DNA from: Octopus bimaculoides
Lineage: Eukaryota
DNA length: 64,000 bases
Direction: 5' to 3'
NCBI RefSeq assembly: GCF_001194135.2
Contig: NC_068984.1
Span: 140,480,915 to 140,544,914 of the forward strand
The translations under genes were made by a program, and so were the position numbers. Under the pieces are notes generated by a model. That model saw only the letters and a list, made by a program, of their open reading frames with translations. It was not told the DNA's origin and ran no database searches. Numbering within the stretch: the first letter of the stretch is position 1; the number at the start of each line of letters is the position of its first letter. Positions 38,401-48,990 of this stretch are shown piece by piece.

Positions 38401-41086
38401 TAGACCCAGAACATACATACATACATACCTTGTTGTTGGTGTTGAAATTCCATTGAAGGAGTCTGGAATCTAGATTAGAAACTGACTCTTTCTCTGTTGG
38501 CAAGAAATCTTGAAATAAAACTAAACAATGACATACATATTTCTATAATTATCTCATTTCTCTTATTTGGATTCAATTTTGTCAGGTATGGTAATATATC
38601 TGTGCCTGTAAGTGTGCGGAAACAACAATTTCCAGGTAAAGTGAGAATCGTTCAAATGAAATTCAAGAAATTCCTTCTTGAGTACATGTACGAAGACTGG
38701 TACCTTGCAACGACCATTCCGCTTCTAATGGCTAGTGAACTAACTGTGAGTTATAGATATGTTCTTTTTTCCTCCTCTTTTTCTCTTGCTCTCTTGTTTG
38801 TTGTGTCCCCTTCTTTTTTTTTTTCACTCTATATTCTCAATCTATCATTCCTTTTCTCATATACATACATAGATACATACATACATAAATACATACATGC
38901 CAAGAATTTCTTTCTTCAAGGCAGTGCCCCAGCATGGCCACAGTATAATGACTGAAACAAGTAAATATATATATAAAAAGGATAAACGTCGCCCTTTCAA
39001 AGTCTAGCCAGGATCATGGGCCCAGTTTCCCGGTTTCTATGGCGTATGTACTCCCCCCAGCTGGACAGGACGCCAGTCCATCGCAGAGTTACTCAAGAAA
39101 CAGGAAGAAAGAGCGAGAGAAAGTTGGGGCAAAAGAGTACAACAGGGGTCCCCCCCCCCCCCACTGCCGGAGCCTTGTGGAGCTTTCAGGTGTTTTTGCT
39201 CAATAAACACACACAACGTCCGGTCTGGGAATCGAAGCCGCGATCCTCCGACTGCGAGTCTGCTGCCCTAACCACTGGGCCATATATATAATGGGAGGCA
39301 AGGTTCACGATATCACCTGAATATTGCCTTCTCCCACTAGTTTTTGTTCTTTGTGTTGTTTCCGGCTCCACTGCATTCAGATTACTCTATTAAATGTAAT
39401 GATTACTTATTCACATTGTTTTAAATTAATCATGCATTGTCTTATAACCATCAAGATTTCAATGATATGATAGTTTATCTTTAACCCTTTCATTACTGCA
39501 TTTATTTTGAGATGCTCTGTCAGGTTTCTTTTAATTACTTTAAATATAACAAAGAATTTAGAAAAATAACTTAGTTATCATTCAGCTAGTGTTAGGAACA
39601 TAAATTGTGACTAAGGTTTGATGGAAGATTTTAATTCAAAACTTATGAAATCTAGACATCTGTACTCAGAGCCAGAGGCAGTTTCAGGTGAGTTGGTATT
39701 GAAAGGGTTAAGAATTGTTTCTCTATTATATATTTTAACCCTTTTGTTACCATATTTCTGTTGAGATTCTCTGTGTTTCTTTCAATTACTTTAAATATAA
39801 CAAAGAATTTAGTAAAATAACTTAGTTATCATTCAGCTAGTGTTAGGAACATAAATTGTGACTAAGGTTTGATGGAAGATTTTAATTCAAAACTTATGAA
39901 ATCTAGACATCTGTACTCAGAGCCAGAGGCAGTTTCAGGTGGGTTGGTATCGAAAGGGTTAAGAATTGTTTCTCTATTATATATTTTAACCCTTTTGTTA
40001 CCATATTTCTGTTGAGATGCTCTGTATTTCTTTCAATTACTTTAAAGATAACAAAGAATTTAGTAAAATAACTAAGTTATCATTCAGCTAGTGTTAGGAA
40101 CACAAATTGTGACTAAGGTTGGTATTGAAAAGGTTAAGAATTATTTCTCTAAACTGTGACTAAGTTTTGATGGAAAATTTTAATTCAAAACTTATGAAAA
40201 CAAGACATTTGTACTACAGAGCCAGAGCCGGTTTCAGCTGGGTGGGTAACGAAAGGGTTAAAATGACATTGTAGGAAAGGTGTAAGAGGCTGGATCTGAC
40301 TGGTTTGAACATAAAACTGGTAGAATATATTTGAGCTGGATATGGTCAGTTTGAATGCTAAAGGGTTAATTTCATATTTATAATAATCTTCATTTAAATA
40401 TTTTAGATTCCTCAATGTCTCAGTTGTGGATCTTATTTTCACCGTCTGCTTGAGTCTGAGTTATGGATTAGCAGTGGTTTTGCCAACACCCAGCTACACA
40501 GTCATTCCGACCATATTCTACACTGCTTGCAGTTTGGACGTCGGGATTTTATTCTCATGAAAAAGAAATACAAGAAAAACTTCGAATTTGTGGAAGAGGT
40601 TTGTAAGGCTGTTGCCTACATTACTTTCTCTCTGCTCTCTCTCTCTCTCTCTCTGCTCTCTCTCTCTCTCCCTGCTCTCTCTCTCCCTGCTCTCTCTCTC
40701 CCTACTCTCTCTCTCCCTCTCTTTTATCATTTGACATCCGTGTTCCATATTAGCATGGGATGGAGGTTCCACAGGATCTCACTAGCTTGTCGGGATGGGC
40801 GGCTGTGCTGGTTTTCAGGGTATAGATGGCAGCTGTAGTGGTTGGTGTTAGGAAGAGCAAAAAATTAAAGAATATATATGTATATATATATATATATACA
40901 ATGTAACCTCGTGGGCATCGGTACCATTTTCCTCTTTCTCCGTTCTTCCATTCTCCGAACTTTCCATCTTTCCGACGAAGGGCTACGCTCGAAACGTCAT
41001 ACACTCTCTCTTTCCTTTCCTGAGCGTCCAATAATACTATCCATATCACGTCCTCACTTTGTTGTTTTTTTGTTATTGTTTTTTTG

Positions 41087-41122
<36 letters not shown>

Positions 41123-41301
41123 CCAGTATCGCCTGACTGGCCCTCGTGCTGGTGGAATGTAAAAAGCACCCACTACACTCTCAGGGCTCAGGGTTCAGTC
41201 CCACTGCGTGGCACCTTGGGCATGTGTCTTCCACTATAGCCTCGGGCTGACCAAAGCCTTGTGAGTGGATTTGGTAGACGGAAAATGAAAGAAGCCCGTC
41301 G

Positions 41302-41354
<53 letters not shown>

Positions 41355-44300
41355 ATGTTTGTGTGTCTGTGTTTGTCCCCCATCACTTGACAACCGATGC
41401 TGGTGTGTTTACGTCCCCGTAACTTAGCAGTTTGGCAACGTCGTTGTCGTCGTCATCATCATCACCATCATCATCATATGTCAAAAATAAACATAAGCCT
41501 AGATCTTTACATTTGTGAGATGGAGGGGTCAATTACATTGACCACCAACCCCACGGCACTGGCTCAGGTGCTTTTGCATGAGGTGCCAGCACAGAGGAAA
41601 TTGGTAGAATCAGTAGGGCAGAATTTATTGTAACTTTGTGTACAAATATGTTCAAATCTCACCAAAGTCAACTTTACCATTTAGCCTTTTGAGGAACTGG
41701 AGGAAATTTCAGAACATCTGATTGGGTGCCTTGTTGTATTTGCTCCAGTTCATTAGGTTCCGAGTTCAAATCCCACCTTGGTCTATGTGAACAGTAGACT
41801 TCATTCATTAATACCACTGCCTGGCACCGTGGATGCTTTTAGAAGGGTCCCTTCTGTTGCAAGAATTCAGAGTTAGTCTCTAGTTTGAGGATACTTTCTC
41901 CCTCTTTCTCACTACTCTTGGAGGGCTCTGTCAAGGGTCACGGGCACTAACTTCACACCTGAGTGACAGTTAAAGGGATAAAAAATACCCATCCTTGTTC
42001 CAGCTTCTCCTTATATGGAATGAACAAATAAATGAAAATAAATAAATAAATAAATAGGTAGAGGCATGGCTGTGTGGTTAAGAAACTCACTCTGCAGCCA
42101 TGAGGTGCTGGGTTCAGTCCCACTGTGCAGCACCTTGGACAATATTTTCTATTATAGCCCTGGGCCAACTAATGCCTTGTGAGTGGATTTGATAGGTGTA
42201 AACTGTGAAGAAGCCTGTTGTGCGTGTGTGTGTGTGTGTGCCTTTGTATTTGTTTCTCACCAACACTTGACAACTGGTGGTAGTTTGTGTACATCCCCGT
42301 AACTTAGTGGTTTGGCAAAAGTGCCTAATAGAATAAATGCCAAACTCTAAAAAAAAAAAACCCCCAAAAATAAGTACTGGTGGTTGATTTATTTAACTAA
42401 AACCCTTCAAGATGGCACCCCAGCACGGCCACAGTCCAGTGAGAGAAGCAAGTGAAAAAGTGAAAAGATAAATAAATAAAATAAAACAAAGCAAAATCAT
42501 GAATTTTTGTTTTTATTTTTCAGTATCCCACATCAATTTCTGGTCATTCTCCACTGGACATGAACAAAATAAACATGTTCAAAAATACCAACTTTGCAAA
42601 AACCCCATGGGTATATGCTAGTCTCTATGGTGGAGATTGTCTGTATATACCATCTGGTATGTATGCTGCATTATCTTACAAAACATTCATAAAACCCAGG
42701 AATGGATTAATCCTTTTTCTGAGTATTGGAATCTCAGTAACTACAATCTATATTTTGTGTCTTGAGAGAATCATTTACCCATTACCTCCCATAATTCTAT
42801 TAACTGGAATTTTTTTTATGAAACTTTGATTTCTAGCATAAAACAGCCTTAGAAACATGCTGAAATCATCAGAATAACATTTCAAATAACATTTCAAAAT
42901 AACATTTTAAATAGAAATAAGCAAGATATTGGGTTAAAAATTAGCAAACCTCATTTGAATATCAGAGAAATATACCTAGTAGATATAGCAAAAAGGTTAG
43001 ATATGTGTAAATATTGACAGATAATTACGAAATTTGTAACTTTTAAGTGATCTCATATGAGATCACTGGTAGGTAATGGGTTAAGCTAATTACAATACCA
43101 CATACACTGGTTCAAGATCACTCTTTACTGTTAGTCAATTGGTTTGATATCTAACCAACTAATCAATCATTTGTTTAATGAATTGGTTAAACAATCAACC
43201 AGTTATTTACATCATTTACATTTGATGGATATTTGTCCTCATCTTGTTTGTTGATAACACTATGTTTCAGCTGATATACCTCCTGGAATGTATTTCATAA
43301 TCTTTTGTTTACCATTTCGTGTCATTGGATGTATTATTATTTTACTCTCTTCCACAGAATACTTGCATCAAGTGAGATCTTACGGGAGAGCTATTTCCTA
43401 TACAATCCACTTTGCACCATCTACTCAGTTTGATCTGAGGGGTTGCTTTGGAGATGAAGTCCAAAAAACATTTAAACTTACAGATGCCAATTTCTTATGG
43501 ACATACACTAAAGGGCATAAGGTAAATTCTTTGATCTTTAATCATTAATCTTTAACTTGCTTCAGTCATTGAACTGTGGCCATGCTGGAGCACCACCTTT
43601 GACACACACATACATATATATACATATATATATACATATATACAACGGGCTTCTTTCAGTTTCCGTCTACCAAATCCACTCACAAGGCTTTGGTGGGCCC
43701 GAGGCTATAGTAGAAGACACTTGCCCAAGGTGCCACACAGTGAGACTGAACCTGGAACCATGTAGTTGGTAAGTAAGCTACTTACCACACAGCCACTCCT
43801 GCGCCTGATGATAAAAGATAATGATAATGATGATGATGATTGTGGTGGTGGTGGTGGTGGTGGTGCTGCTGCTGCTGCTGGTGGTGATGATGATAAATCA
43901 GAAATAAGTAGTAACTCACAAGTGTTGCCCAGAAGAGAAAGAAGCAATCTTTTTAGTTTGGTGTGTTTAACTATAAATGCCTTCATATAACGTTAACAGT
44001 AGGTCACTAACATTGGTAGCAATACCATTTTACCATTTTTGCTTCTGATTTTTCTTTCCAGCAACTATCTAATGTAAAATTCAGCCCAGAAAGTTTCCAG
44101 AAACTTCTACAACTTTTGCTAGGAGCTAAGGATAGACTTTCTTTTCACCAGTTTGAACATTTTTATGACATGGCTTTCAAGCAAGTGAGTATGATTTTTT
44201 TAAACCCTTTTGTTACCCTATTTCATAGGGACCATAAATTAATATTAAATGTTGAGGGAAAGTTTTAATCTAGCTCACTTTAATCTATTTGTTATATTTC

Positions 44301-45857
44301 ATTTCAACATACACACCACACAATGGCTTTCCTTCAATCCATTTCGAAAATAATAAAGAATTGTTTTTCTCAAGCTGGTATTTGGAAAATAAATTAATAT
44401 GAGATTTTAAGGAAAGGTTTTAATTTAGATTACTTTAACCCTTTTGTTACCATATTCCTTCTGAAACACAATGCCTTTGTTCCAATTCATTTTGAAAATA
44501 ATAAAGAATTTAATGAAAAAGCTTTATCCTTCTTGAGCTAGTATTTGGAACATAAATTGATATGAAATACTTAGGGAAGGTTTTAATTTAGATCCCTTCA
44601 AAACACAAAGTTTGATTTGTAGAACCAAGGATGATCTCAGGCAGCTCAGAATCTTGAGGATCAAATGCTTTGAGCAAGCTATATTCTTAAGGATAATTAG
44701 ATATCTATTAAAGTTCCAAAACATAAATTGTAATGCTGCTGCACTGAAACTATAGAAAATAACAACCCTTATTATTAACCCTTTAGCTTTTAAACCGGTC
44801 ATATCTGGTTCAAATATGCTATGCTTTTGCAGTTAAGAGGTTCAACCCCCATGTTTTTACCACATAACACATTCTAATGCATTTACACATATAGATAGAT
44901 GCATATTACAAGGGTCATTATGCCAATAATAAACACACACACTGGTTCTATTTCACTTCTTTTACTATTATTAGTCAATTTGTTAACATTTAACCAATTA
45001 ATCAATCGATTGTTTGATTACTAGTTTGATTAATCAGCTAGGTTTGTCACATTTCTTTTGTTACTGTTTGTGACATCATTAATGACATGTCCTCTTGACT
45101 CCAATAGGTCTAAAGCTGACCTTGAATAGAGAGGTCATGTCAGTGGTGAGGTTGCGAGTAGTGATAAAAGGACTTTGATAAACCTAGCAGAGTGATTGAT
45201 AAAACGAATGCTTAATCAAACAATTGATTAGTCAGCTGGTTAAACGTTAACCAATTAATTGATTATTGACAGCAGTGGCATTAACTCGTATCTGAGTAGT
45301 TAATCTGTCATGAGTGATTGATCCTCTTCATCCTGATGGGTGCGAAGGAGGCCAGTGCTTGAGATGGCTGTTCAGGCCAGGAGCAGTATAGAAGGGCCAG
45401 GGGACATTTATTGCAGGGGGTGGGGTGGCATAGAACAAGGAAGTATGGGTCACTTTTTGTGTCTTTGATATCTGATCTCTGTCTCTTAGTGTCTGTTATT
45501 TTCCATCTGGTCTGTTCTCCTGATGATGAGTACGCGTTTATTATTGGCATAATGACGGTCCTTAGATACAACAAAATTTGCTTTAATGCACAAGTTCACA
45601 CCAAGAATCTTGCAAACCAAATACTGAATTGTGATTGAAAAAAATTTTATTCCAAAACTTTAAATATACCAAATTATGCTCTGTGTATTTTACAGGACAA
45701 CAAAAGACCTCCTGCATTGGAAGTGTTCTGGAAGATGGCAAAAAAAGACAAAGATTATTTGACTCGTCATGAAATCGATAATCTTTCTCCTCGCAAACTG
45801 ATGGTTGTTGTGAAAGTTTTCAATTCTAGATTCTCAAAAAAGAAAGAAGAACTTTAA
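35270..45857 (+). CDS. 8-exon secretory/ER-luminal JmjC (cupin_8) 2-oxoglutarate oxygenase-like protein, 424 aa. join(35270..35444,37688..37853,38586..38745,40407..40598,42524..42656,43358..43521,44062..44184,45696..45857)
   Basis: Manual splicing gives 1275 nt with no internal stop. All introns are GT-AG and the phases match (1,2,0,0,1,0,0). Motifs: hydrophobic N-terminus MGFTQFLKVCLFFMFNINCSLVYA, EGHLRPLG, P-F-Y-PV-GA-W-DDYLKEKYG, LWISSG-TQLHSHSD, GDCLYIP-HQVRS, and C-terminal KKKEEL*. ATG context is acaATGg. Confidence 0.92.
35985..36330 (+). mobile_element. SINE family A (tRNA-like head, internal (TA)n/(TG)n); other copies near 3.9, 7.3, 12.5, 12.9, 28.1, 30.7, 41.2, 42.1, 43.6, 60.3 and 63.3 kb
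   Basis: Recurrent gtggtaag...ggttcagtccca...gccttgtgagtggatttggtagacggaaactgaaagaag...gctccagcatggc. Confidence 0.85.
36680..37330 (+). mobile_element. Three head-to-tail SINE family B copies; others near 15.0-15.3, 24.1, 25.8, 26.6, 31.4, 48.4, 51.9, 58.6, 62.8 and 63.7 kb
   Basis: Recurrent gagctggcagaa-gttagc...gagttcaaatt...gtcgactttgcctttcatcctttc...taagtaccag. Confidence 0.85.
37688..37853 (+). CDS. JmjC gene exon 2 (GFQRHPDG...WEKDDYLKEK)
   Basis: Acceptor tttctag|gg; donor gaaaa|gtaagt; 166 nt. Confidence 0.92.
37997..38387 (-). mobile_element. Full-length tRNA-derived SINE (family C) with TSD, in JmjC intron 2
   Basis: 14-bp TSD aaggacctagtagt at 37983-37996 and 38388-38401; tRNA-like head and (CAA)n tail. 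Confidence 0.9.
38586..38745 (+). CDS. JmjC gene exon 3 (YGNISVPV...LMASELT)
   Basis: Acceptor ttttgtcag|g; donor act|gtgagt; 160 nt. Confidence 0.92.
39481..40261. mobile_element. Tandem array of about 3 copies of a second piggyBac-like MITE (ttaacccttt...aaagggttaa), period about 251-254 bp
   Basis: Units start at 39481, 39735 and 39986 and are near-identical, including the spacer gaattgtttctctattatatatt. Confidence 0.85.
40407..40598 (+). CDS. JmjC gene exon 4 (IPQCLSCG...LWISSGFANTQLHSHSDHILHCLQFGRRDF...FVEE)
   Basis: Acceptor ttttag|att; donor gag|gtttgt; 192 nt open frame carrying the first metal-ligand motif. Confidence 0.92.
42524..42656 (+). CDS. JmjC gene exon 5 (YPTSISGHSPLD...GGDCLYIPS)
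   Basis: Acceptor tttttcag|tat; donor tctg|gtatgt; 133 nt. Confidence 0.93.
43358..43521 (+). CDS. JmjC gene exon 6 (EYLHQVRSYGR...WTYTKGHK)
   Basis: Acceptor ttccacag|aa; donor aag|gtaaat; 164 nt; carries the distal His. Confidence 0.93.
44062..44184 (+). CDS. JmjC gene exon 7 (QLSNVKF...FEHFYDMAFKQ)
   Basis: Acceptor tttctttccag|caa; donor caa|gtgagt; 123 nt, phase 0-0. Confidence 0.88.
44200..44830. mobile_element. Degenerate piggyBac-like MITE family 2 copies plus a family 1 fragment, in JmjC intron 7
   Basis: aacccttttgttacc starts at ~44203 and ~44437; ttaaccctttagc at ~44775. Confidence 0.6.
44920..45300. mobile_element. AT-rich inverted-repeat family; related copies at ~43105-43260 and ~50600-50890
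   Basis: Shared start tgccaataataaac-cacac-cactggtt and self-complementary aattaatcaatcgattg arms. Confidence 0.55.
45696..45857 (+). CDS. JmjC gene exon 8 (DNKRPP...SKKKEEL*), with a degenerate EF-hand-like segment and KEEL
   Basis: Acceptor attttacag|gac; TAA at 45855-45857. Confidence 0.9.
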   Translation, partial: DNKRPPALEVFWKMAKKDKDYLTRHEIDNLSPRKLMVVVKVFNSRFSKKKEEL

Positions 45858-45944
45858 AATAATACTTAATCTCAGCCTACTGCATCATCATCATCATCAT
45901 CATCACCATCGTCATCATCATCATCATCAACATCATCATTATTA

Positions 45945-45975
<31 letters not shown>

Positions 45976-46233
45976 TATTATTATTTGATGAAAACTCACA
46001 GCTTATTTTGCTAGGTATGATGGAAAGTGTCAGCTGTCCACAACCAGCAGACTAAGGTGACACCTGTTTTACTGGTCACGCTTCAAGAACCCTGTAATGG
46101 ATTCTTTTAGTTCCAAGCATGGCTGATTTGTGTAGGCGTTCTACCTTCACACTTGCACCAACCTTTTTCAGCCATGCTGGTAGCTGAATGTTGATACTTC
46201 CAAATGCACCAATTACTATTTGGATCATGTCTA

Positions 46234-46279
<46 letters not shown>

Positions 46280-46419
46280 TTTTAAAATGCATGTTTGATA
46301 CAATCACTTACTGGGTCCACCTACAGGGCAGCTGATGGTCAAGAGATGTTTAGATATAATTGATAGTTTGTGGAGGGCAAGGCAAGTGGGGAGGATAGTA
46401 CAGAAATACATTCATATAA

Positions 46420-47075
46420 CACAACACAAAATACTTAAGTTGATATAGTTTTTCTAAGGATTTGAGTGGTTCTTATCAGTACAATCTCTTGAAATTTCTT
46501 TGAGAGATGGGTCTCCTGGGATCTTATCTTGGTGTTTCTGATATAACTTTTCTATTATACCAAGAGCACCTACTATAACAGGTACAGTTTTTTGCTTTAA
46601 GATACTACATCTTTTGTATTTCAATTTCTAGATCTTTATATTTAGTGATCTTGTCAAATTCCTTGACAGATGTATTTTTATTAAATACTTACATCTATCA
46701 GTTTACAAGTATTTTCTTTCTTTTTATTATTATTATTTTATTGTCTTTGCACAGCTTCTAATGCTGGAAATGTACTACAGTGTCAGCTGTTCACTACCAG
46801 TGAACTAAGGTAACACCCCTTATTTTTTGAGCACCATCTGGAGTATTTGTGCAGTTCCAAGCAGTGCTGTTTTCTGCAAGTGCTCCACCCTGATTGCAGC
46901 ACCTATTTGTTCCATGTACTTCTCAAGATTTTTTCTCACTATTATTGTCATTGTTGTTGTTACTTCAGTAGTTTTATTTATATTGCCTGTGCTTACTACA
47001 CAAGTGAACCCAACTCTGTGTATTGTGAGCCATGCAGTGTTTAGTTTTGCTTTTACATTTTCTATTGTCAAACAT
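46420..47075 (-). mobile_element. Two 3'-terminal fragments of R4/Dong-like (restriction-like endonuclease) non-LTR retrotransposons
   Basis: KITKYKDLEIEIQK-TVPVIVGALG and EHLQKTALLGTAQILQMVL. Confidence 0.75.
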
Positions 47076-47164
47076 CACACATAGTTTGTAGCTTCTATGT
47101 TTTGACACTTCATATATGCATGAGCTCTTTGTAGCAAATAAAGAACAAATTATTATTATTATTA

Positions 47165-47411
47165 TTATTATTATTCATCATCATCATCATCATCATCGTT
47201 TAACGTCCGCTTTCCATGCTAGCATGGGTTGGACGATTTGACTGAGGACTGGTGAAACCGGATGGCAACACCAGGCTCCAGTCTGATTTGGCAGAGTTTC
47301 TACAGCTGGATGCCCTTCCTAACGCCAACCACTCAGAGAGTGTAGTGGGTGCTTTTACGTGTCACCCGCACGAAAACGGCCACGCTCGAAATGGTGTCTT
47401 TTATGTGCCAC
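47165..47411 (-). mobile_element. RTE-like 3' tail repeat ending in (GAT)n; near-identical copy at 11952-12110, others near 4.1, 13.5, 14.6, 16.1, 21.2, 30.4, 61.5 and 62.4 kb
   Basis: catcatcgtttaacgtccgctttccatgctagcatgggttggacg...ctacagctggatgcccttcctaa. Confidence 0.8.
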
Positions 47412-48759
47412 NNNNNNNNNNNNNNNNNNNNNNNNNNNNNNNNNNNNNNNNNNNNNNNNNNNNNNNNNNNNNNNNNNNNNNNNNNNNNNNNNNNNNNNNN
47501 NNNNNNNNNNNNNNNNNNNNNNNNNNNNNNNNNNNNNNNNNNNNNNNNNNNNNNNNNNNNNNNNNNNNNNNNNNNNNNNNNNNNNNNNNNNNNNNNNNNN
47601 NNNNNNNNNNNNNNNNNNNNNNNNNNNNNNNNNNNNNNNNNNNNNNNNNNNNNNNNNNNNNNNNNNNNNNNNNNNNNNNNNNNNNNNNNNNNNNNNNNNN
47701 NNNNNNNNNNNNNNNNNNNNNNNNNNNNNNNNNNNNNNNNNNNNNNNNNNNNNNNNNNNNNNNNNNNNNNNNNNNNNNNNNNNNNNNNNNNNNNNNNNNN
47801 NNNNNNNNNNNNNNNNNNNNNNNNNNNNNNNNNNNNNNNNNNNNNNNNNNNNNNNNNNNNNNNNNNNNNNNNNNNNNNNNNNNNNNNNNNNNNNNNNNNN
47901 NNNNNNNNNNNNNNNNNNNNNNNNNNNNNNNNNNNNNNNNNNNNNNNNNNNNNNNNNNNNNNNNNNNNNNNNNNNNNNNNNNNNNNNNNNNNNNNNNNNN
48001 NNNNNNNNNNNNNNNNNNNNNNNNNNNNNNNNNNNNNNNNNNNNNNNNNNNNNNNNNNNNNNNNNNNNNNNNNNNNNNNNNNNNNNNNNNNNNNNNNNNN
48101 NNNNNNNNNNNNNNNNNNNNNNNNNNNNNNNNNNNNNNNNNNNNNNNNNNNNNNNNNNNNNNNNNNNNNNNNNNNNNNNNNNNNNNNNNNNNNNNNNNNN
48201 NNNNNNNNNNNNNNNNNNNNNNNNNNNNNNNNNNNNNNNNNTCTGTGGTATTGAGCAGAATATTTGCTGTAGCCCATCTTTTATACCAAGACAAAACAAT
48301 GATAACACTTCCAATCAATTAAGATCAGAAGCCATGAGAGCCACTGCCTGGTACTGCATCAGGGCATTTATTATTATTATTATTTTTATTATTTTTTTTT
48401 TTTATTAAGAAGGTGGTGAGCTGCCAGAATCATTGGAGTGCCTGGCAAAATACCTAGCAGCATTTCATCTGTTTATACATTCTGAGTTTCAGTTCTACCG
48501 AAGTCGACTTTGCCTTTCATCCTTTCAGGGTTGATAAAATAAGTACCAGTCAAACACTGGGGTTGATACAATCGACTTAGTCCCTTCCCTTGAACTTGTT
48601 GGCCTTGTGCCAAAATTTGAAATCATCGTCATTATTATTAATGTCATTTCACTTCTCAGAGCTCTTGATTTCGCTTGCTCTGACTAATTCTGTTAGAGAA
48701 GACCATAATCTGTTGTCAAGGGTCTCAAAGAGTTTTCTTTCATGATACTTAACATCAAA

Positions 48760-48990
48760 ACACCAATCTCAAAATCCTCAATGTCCTCAATAAAGCAGTT
48801 TTGAGCATGTTCTACCCTCATGTCAATCCTAATTTCTACAAAAAAATTTCTCAAACCTGGTTATGAATGCTCCCAGTGCCCTTACAACGTCTGGGATAAC
48901 AAGTACTTTCTTTGTTGCCCACATTCATGCAATCTCATCTTTTAGTGACTTGTTCTTCTCGGCCTAGCAATATTCCAAATGCCAAACATC
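48760..48990 (-). mobile_element. Third R4/Dong-like 3' fragment
   Basis: KVLVIPDVVRALGA...EHAQ followed by frameshifted TALL-LRIL. Confidence 0.6.

Noticed and set aside
39481-40261. Regular repeat array as CRISPR-like
   Set aside because: The whole ~250-bp unit repeats with no unique spacers, and the context is eukaryotic.
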